Shown here: positions 50,513 to 61,000 of the stretch, piece after piece
Numbering within the stretch: the first letter of the stretch is position 1
Layout of the letters: the number at the start of each line of letters is the position of its first letter
DNA from: Octopus bimaculoides
Taxonomy: Eukaryota
NCBI RefSeq assembly: GCF_001194135.2
Contig: NC_068983.1
Coordinates: 10,383,767 to 10,447,766, forward strand
Length of the DNA: 64,000 bases
Direction: 5' to 3'
Position numbers and translations under genes: made by a program
Notes under the pieces: generated by a model
What the model saw: the letters and a program-made list of their open reading frames with translations, nothing else
What the model was told of the DNA's origin: nothing
Databases searched by the model: none

Positions 50513-53500
50513 CTGGATTTATTTAATAATTTCCTTCTGTGAGCAAATGTTGCTGAGATTTTGCTGGGGACATTTTCGTCAGATGATGAATTATGGGAAA
50601 GATTGAATACTTTCTCAGGAGTTTGCTTGTTGCTCTTTAGCACCGGTTCATCAGGGTATTTGCCATCATGACTGTTAACATGATTTTTGTTTCCACTGCT
50701 GTTTATTGGTAGAATGGAATTTTCAGTTGGTCTTTTCCTAAAGTTGATGGACAGATGTGGAGGCAAAGTGTTCTCTACAGAACTCTTTATTGAGATTTGA
50801 GCAACAGCAAACTTACTGTTGACTGTATCTGTGTGTGAAGAATGTTTTTTGATAAATTCTAAAGTATCTGGAAATGGAGTTATCAGAGGAGCAACTAAAA
50901 TGAACTCTTCAATTAATGTCAGAATATCGTTACTAGAAGCAGTTTCATTAGATTCTCGAGCAAAGATCTTTGGATATGTTGTATCATTTGCTATGTTTTC
51001 TGACTGGGATTCCTCAGTATTGTGACAGAACCCAAAGACCTGTTCAATTCCTAATTGTTTTGAACTCACAGAATCGTTCTTCCCATTCTCTACTGCTTCG
51101 TTCTTAGATTTTATAGAATCCAACAATGAAGTAGAATGTTGGAGAAACGTTACAGAACATTTAATATGAGATGATGGTTTATTATTTACAAAATTAGTTC
51201 TTATACATGGAGCTTCTTCAACCTTCTGGGAAGGTTTACCGTTTTCTTTGATGTCTCCACAAGCTGTTCCAGTTGCAGTATCTTTTTTATGCTCCATATT
51301 TGTCTCAATGCTGAAATTTGGCATCTGTGAATCTCCATTATTATCATCAACATCTAGAGATGTATTAAAAGAGTCACATCGGATCAGCCGATTTTTATCT
51401 TCAGGCATTGTCTTCTCTTCAGACTGTAATTCCTTTAATTTCACCGGAAACATTTGGGAATTTGGGTCATCAGAGTTTGTACTGGTTTCTGTTCTATCAC
51501 TATTATTTACAGATTTTAAAGGAATATCACTATTTGAAAATTGCTTCTCACTTTCAGAGTCTGAGCTACAAATACCAAACAAGTCATTTATAGAGGTAGT
51601 AGATTTAGGTTTTGTTGTATAACATTTAGCTGAACTTGAGTCTATTTCTTGCTCAGAGAGTGAATCAGAAAATATCAAGCTATCTTCATTGTTCATAGTT
51701 TCTAATGCATATGAATGTTCAATTTTAATCAGGTCACCTTCTTTTGTCTCACCATTAGCTACATATTCTACTAAATTTCTTTGAAAGCCCACTTTCTTAG
51801 AGGTGTTGTAATCCAAATCTAAAGAATCATCACTAAAATCATTAAATTCTTCACTGGAAGTATTTCCATTGTTAATCTCGGTAAAAACTTTCTCTTGGAG
51901 TTTCAGCGCTGCTGGTTCATTGGATACCAAACTAGTTCTATCATTTAGATCTTCCAATTCATTATTAGCAATAACTGTTTCAGATATTTTAGGAAGAGAA
52001 GCTGATATGGTATGTCTTTCCTTAGAATTGTGAAATTTAATTTCTGAATCATTAAATTTAGTTTCTGGATTGTTAAATATAGTTTCTGGATTGTTAAATA
52101 TAGTTTCTGGATTGTTAAATATAGTTTCTGGATTGTTAAATATAGTTGCTGGATTGTTAAATATAGTTGCTGGATTGTTAAATTTAGTTGCTGGATTGTT
52201 AAATTTAGTTTCTGGATTGTTAAATTTAGTTTCTGGATTGTTAAATTTAGTTTCTGGATTGTTAAATATAGTTGCTGGATCGTTAAATATAGTTGCTGGA
52301 TTGTTAAATTTAGTTTCTGGACTATTAAATTTAGTTTCTGGATTGTTAAATTTAGTTTCTGGATTGTTAAATTTAGTTTCTGGACTATTAAATTTAGTTT
52401 CTGGATTGTTAAATTTAGTTTCTGGACTATTAAATTTAGCTTCTGGATTGTTAAATATAGTTTTGGGATTGTTAAATTTAGTTTCTGGATTGTTGAATAT
52501 AGTTGCTGGACTATTNNNNNNNNNNNNNNNNNNNNNNNNNNNNNNNNNNNNNNNNNNNNNNNNNNNNNNNNNNNNNNNNNNNNNNNNNNNNNNNNNNNNN
52601 NNNNNNNNNNNNNNNNNNNNNNNNNNNNNNNNNNNNNNNNNNNNNNNNNNNNNNNNNNNNNNNNNNNNNNNNNNNNNNNNNNNNNNNNNNNNNNNNNNNN
52701 NNNNNNNNNNNNNNNNNNNNNNNNNNNNNNNNNNNNNNNNNNNNNNNNNNNNNNNNNNNNNNNNNNNNNNNNNNNNNNNNNNNNNNNNNNNNNNNNNNNN
52801 NNNNNNNNNNNNNNNNNNNNNNNNNNNNNNNNNNNNNGCTGGATTGTTAAATTTAGTTTCTGGACTATTAAATTTAGTTTCTGGATTGTTAAATTTAGTT
52901 TCTGGACTATTAAATTTAGCTTCTGGATTGTTAAATATAGTTTTGGGATTGTTAAATTTAGTTTCTGGATTGTTGAATATAGTTGCTGGACTATTAAATT
53001 TAGTTTCTGGATTGTTAAATTTAGTTTCTGGATTGTTAAATTTAGTTGCTGGACTATTAAATTTAGCTTCTGGATTGTTAAATATAGTTTCTGGACTATT
53101 AAATTTAGTTTCTGGATTGTTAAATTTAGTTTCTGGACTATTAAATTTAGTTTCTGGACTGTTAAATTTAGTTTCTGGACTATTAAATTTAGCTTCTGGA
53201 CTGTTGAATATAGTTTCTGGATTGTTAAATTTAGTTGCTGGACTATTAGATTTAGTTTCTGGATTGTTAAATTTAGCTTCTGGATTGTTGAATATAGTTT
53301 CTGGATTGTTAAATTTAGTTTCTGGACTATTAGATTTAGTTTCTGGATTGTTAAGTTTAGTTTCTGGACTATTAGATTTAGTTTCTGGATTGTTAAATTT
53401 AGTTTCTGGATTGTTGAATATAGTTTCTGGATTGTTAAATTTAGTTTCTGGATTGTTAAATTGAGTTTCTGGATTGTTAAATCTAGTTTCTGGATTGTTA

Positions 53501-55116
53501 AATTTAGTTTTTAGATCATTAAATTGAGTTTCTGAATTGCTGAATTTAGTTTCTGAGTTATTAACTTTAGTTTCCAAATTGCTGAATTTAGTTTCTGAAT
53601 TACTGAATTTAATTTCTGAATTGTTAAATTCAGTTTCTGAATCATTAACTTTAGTTTCTAAATTATTGACTTTAGTCTCTGAATTGTTAAAGTGAGTTTC
53701 TGAATTGTTCAATTTAATGCCTGATTTGTTAAAAAACAAGGAAAGATTTGAAGATTTATCATCTTTAGACAAAGAAAATTCATGAAGAAGGCTTTTATCA
53801 TCCAAAATATTTTTAACTGCTGGGTTTTCATCTTTAAAATTTTCAGTATCTAAAGTTTGGGAGTTATTCTGTGAATGATGAGAATTAATGATGTGATTTT
53901 GGTGATGTGGAGGTGGAGTTAGCTGCAATGTTTCAGAAATAGTTGACCTCAAGTCTGCTGCTGATAAATCTTTTGTTATTGCAGGAATTTTAGCAGACGG
54001 TGGCTCAATCTTAAAATCAACAGTTTCACTGGAATTTTCTTCAATATGGTTTCCTAAAACCTCTTTTGAATTCATTTTGTTATAATCAGAGTTTTCACCA
54101 CACATGGTATTAGATTTGTTTCTATCATTGTCATTCTGATTTTTAGCCAAAGATTCTTTATGGAAATTCCTCTTCTTCCTATCTTTAGACATCTTTAAGG
54201 TACCTTCAGACAAATCTGAACATTTTCTTTGAGCTGATAAATTTGCATCAATTTCATTTTCTAAAGACATTACACCACAAACTGAAAGTGTTTCAGTGTT
54301 ATTATAAGCATCTTCAAGGAATGTAACAGAACCAAACTTTGAATTATCAGCAGTTTGACTAAAATCTTTTGCAATATGGTTTTGCAAAATTTTGTTTGAA
54401 TCTGCTTTGCTGCAATCAGAATTATAGCCACACTTGACATCACATTTATTATCATTATCATTCTGATATTCAACCAAAGATTCACTAGTTATATCCTGCT
54501 CCTTATTTTCTTTAGATTTCTTTAAGTTTTCATCCAACAAATTTGAACGTTTTCTTGGTACTGGTGGATTTGTATTGATTTTATCATTTAACAATGTTTC
54601 ACCATGACTTGGCGTTGTATCAGTGTAATTATAAGCAACGCTGTGATATGTTACAGAATCAGATGAAGAAACATCTCCAGAATTTATATTAGCAGAACGT
54701 GGCAAAAGTTCTGTGTCATTTATCTGGATAACGTCTGTACGGATTGCTGTGTCTGGAACACTTTCCAACTGTTTAGAATTTTCATCTTCTAAATCTTTTT
54801 TCATGCAACCTTGTTCAGCATTCGCATGACCATTACCACTTTCACTATTTTTATCACAGACAATTGTGGTAGCATTGATACCATTTTCATTTGTTTGGTA
54901 ATGATTAACCTGTAAATGATCCTCTTTCTGAGGAGATTGCAAAAGATGGCAAGAATTATCATTTGGTAGCATCACAGCACCTTGCACTTTATTGGTTTCA
55001 GTGTCAGCATCAACTCCTTTGAGAAATTCTGTCTCCAACATTTCCGCAAAGTGGTCAACAGAACCATCATCACAACTATTCTGATCTGGAAGGCTGCAGA
55101 ATGAATTTTCATCATC
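50513..55116 (-). CDS. ICE1: ICE1-like giant exon (about 4.6 kb, disordered, contains a heptad array and an N-gap)
   Basis: attttag|GAT GAT GAA...TCC AG|gtaaga; single open frame, phase 0-2, S/N/D/E/K-rich. Human ICE1 also has one very large central low-complexity exon (recalled). Confidence 0.9.
52030..53720 (-). repeat. Coding minisatellite, 21-bp unit, encoding FNNPETK-type heptads
   Basis: Consensus TTTAACAATCCAGAAACTAAA on minus; about 60-65 sequenced units; N-gap at 52516-52837. Confidence 0.97.
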
Positions 55117-55195
55117 CTAAAATATAAATACAAATAAAATAAAATAAAATAAGCATATTAAAATTTTTAAAGTTAATAAAGAATAAAAAAGAAAA

Positions 55196-55356
55196 GCCGT
55201 TGGTAAACAGATTATAGCAGTGACTCCATCTAAGAATATCTGAAGAAGGAAATGTATTCCGAAATATCATCGGACTATAGATAACTAAATTACAACAGGT
55301 ATATAGTCCATTTTTTGTATTATAGTCCATTGTTGTACCATTCAAAACTTTTTATT
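55196..55356 (+). repeat. Dispersed repeat of about 160 bp (second copy about 61560-61720) with a hammerhead-like core
   Basis: Two same-orientation copies differ at roughly 10 positions; CTGAAGA-A-GGAA-ATGTA-TTCC-GAAA at 55240-55264. Confidence 0.75.
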
Positions 55357-55495
55357 CTTTACAAACAATACACAATGCTTCAAGCGAACTACAATACTCT
55401 TTGTCTTTCATTTGATCTCAGGGCAAAGAAAGCCAAAGCAAATACCATTAGACATTTTATCCACTATTTTAATGACTGCTAACTTACTGCCTTAT

Positions 55496-55651
55496 TGATG
55501 GGCCATGCTTTCGTGGTCTGTATTTGTACAGAAAATCGAGATCGAGTGAGCTTTTGCTTTTTTGCTCGACGTGTGATTTTTGTCCATGCTGAGCTCACCT
55601 TGGGACATCTGCATTATCGTTTGACAGACGTACTGCCCCAGTCAAACTCCC
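55496..55651 (-). pseudogene. Decayed 28S rRNA fragment (domain V, P-loop region)
   Basis: Minus strand GGGAGTTTGACTGGGGCAGTACGTCTGTCAAACGATAATGCAGATGTCCCAAGGTGAGCTCAG...CAAAAGCTCACTCGATCTCGATTTTCTGTACAAATACAGACC is colinear with recalled 28S GGGAGTTTGACTGGGGCGGTACACCTGTCAAACGGTAACGCAGGTGTCCTAAGGCGAGCTCAG...CAAAAGCTCGCTTGATCTTGATTTTCAGTACGAATACAGACC. Confidence 0.9.
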
Positions 55652-56351
55652 TGACCAAAACTGTTATATCATAACTTAAATTATTATTTTATATCACATA
55701 ACACAATATTATAATAAATTATACACATGTGAAAATATACTACATTAAAACTGAGAATGAATTACAATTTACTATACATAACACTTTATATTGCATTGAT
55801 TTTTAATACTGGCAGCACAAGGCCATGAATCTTAGAGAGGGGTGGTATAATTAATTAAACTTCAGTACCTGACCGGTAATTAATTTATTTTATTGAACCT
55901 GAAAGGATGAAATGCAAAGTCAACCTTGGTGAATTTAGAACATAGGACATAACTAAATAGTGCAAGACTGATTATCCAACATTCTAAAAATTCTATGGTG
56001 TCATAACCGAAAACATATTGGTTTCAAATTTTGGCACAAGGCCAGCAATTTCGGGGAATGGGTAAGTCAATTACATCAACCCCATACTCAAATGTTACTT
56101 ATTCTATCAATCTACCAATCCTAAAAGGATGAAAGGCAAAGTCAACCTTGGTGGAATTTGAACTCAGAACGTAAAGGCAGACAAAATGCTGTTAAGCATT
56201 TGCCTGGCGTGCTAATGATTCTGCCAGCTCACTACCTTTACATATCAGCAACAAACAGCACACATTTTGATGTACACAAACACTACAACATGGCAGTGAT
56301 CCAGAATGGCTACAACACAGAACCAGTGAAAGAGTACACAAGACTACTTAC

Positions 56352-56467
56352 CTCTTCGTTATGTTCTGATGGGATAGGAGACAACATAATTGGTAAAGCC
56401 ATTTCACTAATTATACGTGCAATCTCGTCATCTTTGGATGGAAGGTTTGGAGGTGGAGAAGTAACAG
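56352..56467 (-). CDS. ICE1: ICE1-like exon (116 bp)
   Basis: ttaaag|...|gtaagt, phase 1-0; reads VTSPPPNLPSKDDEIARIISEMALPIMLSPIPSEHNEE, compared with human DEDLQAAIDFFKLPPPLLSPVPSP. Confidence 0.85.
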
Positions 56468-56770
56468 CTTTAAATAAAGAGAAAATTTCAAATTAATATA
56501 ATACTCTGCTCTGCTCACCACCACCATCACAGCCTGCCACATTTTAGCAAAATGAAAAAAAATTCAAGTAAAAATAAACAAACAAAAGTTATTTTATACC
56601 TGTAAATTTACAAAATGTATATGAATATATTTATATATCATACACACACACACACACGTATGGGTGCGTGTGTGTCATCATCATCATTATTTAACATCCG
56701 CTTTCCATGCTGGTATGGGTTGGCCAGTTTGACTGAGAACTGGCATATATATGTGTGTGTGTGTGTCTAT

Positions 56771-56956
56771 GTTTGTCCCCCTAGCATTGCTTGACAACCA
56801 ATAGTGGTGTGTTTATGTCCCCGTCACTTAGTGGTTCGGCAAAAGAGACCGATAGAATAAGTACTAGGCTTACAAAGAATAAGTCCTGGGGTCGATTTGC
56901 TCGACTAAAGGCGGTGCTCCAGCATGGCCGCAGTCAAATGACTGAAACAAGTAAAA
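56771..56956 (+). mobile_element. SINE family A, 3' half
   Basis: Matches the 3' half of 9964-10393; inverted relative to 49867-50052. Confidence 0.85.
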
Positions 56957-56973
56957 GAGTAAAAGAGAGAGAG

Positions 56974-57010
<37 letters not shown>

Positions 57011-57164
57011 TTCTGCCTATCAAATCCACTCACAAAGCTTTGGTTTGTCTGGGTTTCTAGCAGAAGAACCTTGTCCAGGAGGTCACACAGTGGGTCTGAA
57101 CCAGGAAGCATGTGGTTGGGAAGCAGACGTCTTACCTTACAGCCACAGCTACACTAATACATGT

Positions 57165-57550
57165 GGAGGCGCAATGGCCCAGTGGTTAGGGCAGTGGACT
57201 CGTGGTCAAAGGAGCGCGGTTTCAATTCCCAGACCAGACGTTGTGAGTGTTTATTGAGCGAAAACACCTAAAGCTCCACGAGGCTCCAGCAGGGGATGGT
57301 GGCGAACCCTGCTGTACTCTTTCACCACAACTTTCTCTCACTCTTACTTCCTGTTTCTGTTGTGCCTGTATTTCAAAGGGTCAGCTTTGTCACACTGTGT
57401 CATGCTGAATATCCCCGAGAACTACGTTAAGGGTACACGTGTCTGTGGAGTGCTCAGCCACTTGCACGTTAATTTCACGAGCAGGCTGTTCCGTTGATAG
57501 GATCAACTGGAACCCTCGACGTCGTAAGCGACGGAGTGCCAACAAACAAC
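57165..57550 (+). mobile_element. SINE family D, full length, with TSD
   Basis: ACACT(A/C)ATACATGT at 57151-57164 and 57549-57562; inverted relative to 45715-46103. Confidence 0.88.
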
Positions 57551-57686
57551 ACTCATACATGTATGATAATGATATAATATATATTCTTATTATAATGATT
57601 AATAAATACCATTTAATGGAAAGACATAAAAAACAAAAAACAGACGTACATCTGGTGAAATTTATAAGTTGTAATAATATACATAC

Positions 57687-57726
57687 CAGTGTCTTGAAAG
57701 ACTAGAGGGGAACTTTTTTTTTGTGC
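57687..57726 (-). CDS. ICE1: ICE1-like small exon (40 bp)
   Basis: ctttacag|...|gtatgt, phase 0-1; reads AQKKSSPLVFQDT; bridges the phases of its neighbours. Confidence 0.65.
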
Positions 57727-59380
57727 CTGTAAAGAAGAATAAAAAATGTATAAATATTTGTGGATCATACAAACAGTAATCTAAATGGTCACCACAGACT
57801 GCCCCAGTATGGCCACAGTCAAATGGCTGCAACAGTAAATACATTAATACAGATAGTCACATCCAACAATAACTACAGTCCAATAACTGCAGTAATATAT
57901 AAATAGAAGACATGTAGTGCCCATGGTTATAGCACCACAATTGTAGCTATAAATGAAGCTGTAGTGCACCAGCATGGCCACAATGCAATAACTTTAATAC
58001 TAAGTGAATTAGTATAATGCTCATACCAAAAAGCTATTTCAACTCATATTCAAAGTTATATACTCTTGTCCAATTTATAAAGTACCGTCCTCTTAACTTA
58101 TGGCTAGATAGGAAATTGGTAGAGAAAGGAAAGGCTGAGAATTTTTATAAAAAAGTCATCTTCCCACACAGTTCAGAGCGATTCTCTGAAGAAACCTTCC
58201 TCTTCAGATTGCATTAAGTTTTTGAAACCTCTTCTTTATAACCTTCATCACATATTGTTGTTCTAAACAGGAGCCAGGGACTCTTCTACAAATATGCAAG
58301 ACATTTAAAACACAAACATCAACAAAAGATGCTACTTTAGTCATTGACTCACATGCATAAACTGTTTCTTCTTCTCTCTATCTCTTCTATCACTATTACA
58401 GTGGCCTGTATTTCTCTTAGAGTGTTGGACAAAATACCTGGTGGTATTAGTTCCAGCTCTCGTTGCTCTCTATTGAAACTCTTCCAAGAAACTTGCATTT
58501 TGTCATCAATAAAATAACCCCCTAACCAAATAATGGGGTCAATGGTCTCAACTAAAGCTGGAATTTAGAGATACCAACCTAAAGAGCAGCCTTCTAGAAT
58601 TCCCTCTTTAGTGAGATATTTCCTCAAAACACCAATCAACAAATGGTCACAATTTTCCAAGAGACACCAACCTACAGAATAGCTCTCTAGAATTCTTTCA
58701 CAGAACAGATTTTTCTAAAGGCACCAACCTATAGAAAGGTCCTCTGGAATTGCCCCCTTGAAGGCAGCAAAGTGTCTGATGTTTGAGCTGAATACCAACC
58801 ACATCAAATGCATCAATTTGGAAGTGGAAACAACCATTGCAAAAAGTCAAGGAGACAGACTATTCCACTCTCATCCTCCTCTTAATATGACTAAAGCCAT
58901 GTCATAAAACAGGTCACAACACAAGCTTTCATATTGCACCACATGCCAGAAGTATTTCAAAATATTTCACTAACACAATTTTCAGTCAGTTAAAATATTT
59001 TCCAGTTCATAAAGCAATAATCCCAGATTCCTCTTGATGTTTGGATGATTTGAGAAACAGTGAAAAGATCTAATATGACACTAAAATGATGATAATGATG
59101 ATGGCAATAATGATAATGAAAATTTAATATCGGTTTTCCATGCTGGCATGAGTAAGACAACTTAAAAGGAGCTGGCAAGCCAGAGAACCACCCAGGATCC
59201 AGTTGTCTGCATTGACATGGTTTCTGTGGCTGAATGCTCTTCCTAACATCAGGCACTTTACAGAGTGTATTAGGTGCTTCTTATGTGACACCAGCAGAGG
59301 TGTGCTTATATAAAAAATAAAAATATAAGAAGAAGAAGCAGCAGCAGCAGCAGCAGCAGCAGTAGGAGGAGGATACATAC

Positions 59381-59463
59381 CTTTAGCTTGTGCATTTCTT
59401 TCTGCAGTGAGTTGAATTTTTCTTTCAGTTCTGACAACATTTGTTTATTGCCTTCAAAATTTT
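59381..59463 (-). CDS. ICE1: ICE1-like exon (83 bp, coiled coil); upstream exons lie outside the window
   Basis: ttcaacag|...|gtatgt; reads NFEGNKQMLSELKEKFNSLQKEMHKLK, consistent with the ICE1 N-terminal coiled coil. Confidence 0.75.
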
Positions 59464-60129
59464 CTGTTGAAATAAAAAAAAGAAAGAAAGAAAAGGATAA
59501 AACTAGTTAGCAAGAAATTAACGATACAAATTTCATCAGCGTTTTCTCAATCTTTTATTTGTTTCAGTAATTTAGACTGAGGCTGTGGTGGAGGACCACT
59601 TCGAAGGTTTTCCAGTTGATTGTGTCAACCTCTGAACTTTGTGTTAGGCATTTCATTCCATCAAATGGTTACGATATCTTTTGACATAAAAGGGCATAAA
59701 TCACAGGGAATGAATACCACAAGGTATTTTTTTCATTACTGATTTATCAGAAACCACTTGCAAATAAATATGACAAACTTCCACACAGTTTCCATTATCA
59801 AATTTCACTCAGAAGGCACTGGTCAGCTATGTGAATAGTTAACTCACTCAACTACAAGGTTTGTTAAAAGGTGCCACAGTGTGGAACCTTTTAATAAAGA
59901 CTTGGAATAATCAGTTCCTTGTGTGTGAAATTTGGTAGACAGAAACTGTCATCATCATCATCATCATCGTTTAACGTCTGCTTTCCATGCTAGCATAGGT
60001 TGGACGATTTGACTGAGGACTGGTGAAACCGGATGGCAATACCAGGCTCCAATCTGATTTGGCAGAGTTTCTACAGCTGGATGCCCTTCCTAACGCCAAC
60101 CACTCAGAGAGTATAGATATAAATATATA

Positions 60130-61000
60130 TCTAGTTAAATCAGAGGAGTGAGGTGTTCAGGATTGCAAAGCAGTGTATCAGAGGGAACAGAGATGTGGTA
60201 GGTAGAAATGTGTGCGAATGGATAATGGTATGCTTGCACTTAGTGACTCAATGAAAGATGCGTGGAGATGCCATCATGAAAAGTTGTTAAATGTGGAGAA
60301 TGATTGGGATGAGAGTCTTTCAAATATTGAACCAATTGAGGGACCAGCCATGAGTGGATAGCAGTATAATAGATAATTGACAAAATGAAGACTGGGAAAG
60401 CCCCTGGACTGTTGGGTATCACTGCCAAGATGATTAAAATATCAGGTGGTGTGGGATACAGCCTATTCACTCACAGGTTATTCAGGAAGGCATCAATCCC
60501 AAAGACTGATGTAGCAGTATTATAGTCAGCTGCTACAAGGGTAAAGGTGATGCCTTAGATAGAAACAACTACAGAAGTATCAAACTGCTGGATCAGATCA
60601 TAAAAATTACAGAGAGTGTGGTGTCTCAACTAATTAGGGATAGAATTAATCTCGATGAGATGCAGTTTGGTTTTGTTCCTGGGAGAAGTACCACAGATGC
60701 CATCTTCCTAGTGAGACAGTTGCAAGAAAAGTATTTGGCCAAAAGTAAGCCATTGTACTTAGCCTTCATCGACCTGGAGAAAGCTTTCAACAGGGTTCCC
60801 CACTTTCTTATTTGGTGGTCTCTAAGGAAACTAAGAGTAGAAGAGTGACTTGTTAGAGTGGTTCAAGCCATGTACAGTAATGCTGTAAGGTGAGAGTTGG
60901 CTTCGAATACAGTGATGAATTTAACATACAAGTTGGATTACACCAGGAATCAGTTCTTAGTCCACTCATTCATCATAGTTCTCCAGGTTATAACAAATGA
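60130..61000 (+). mobile_element. RTE-clade LINE RT N-terminal half, disrupted
   Basis: Reads YKGKGDALDRNNYRSIKLL...QFGFVPGRSTTDAIFLVRQLQEKYLAKSKPLYLAFIDLEKAFNRVP, with stops and frameshifts. Confidence 0.9.

Noticed and set aside
52070-53464. 464-aa antisense ORF of LLNLVSG heptads that looks like a leucine zipper or membrane protein
   Set aside because: It is the reverse complement of the 21-bp coding repeat, so one stop-free unit keeps the frame open; it has no unique flanks or splice signals.
52030-53720. Regular short-repeat array resembling CRISPR
   Set aside because: Units are contiguous with no unique spacers, lie in frame in a eukaryotic exon, and there are no cas genes.
57165-57240. 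tRNA-like sequences at SINE heads (also 9964, 46103, 47370-47441)
   Set aside because: They lack a complete acceptor stem or cloverleaf and continue into repeat bodies, so they are not tRNA genes.
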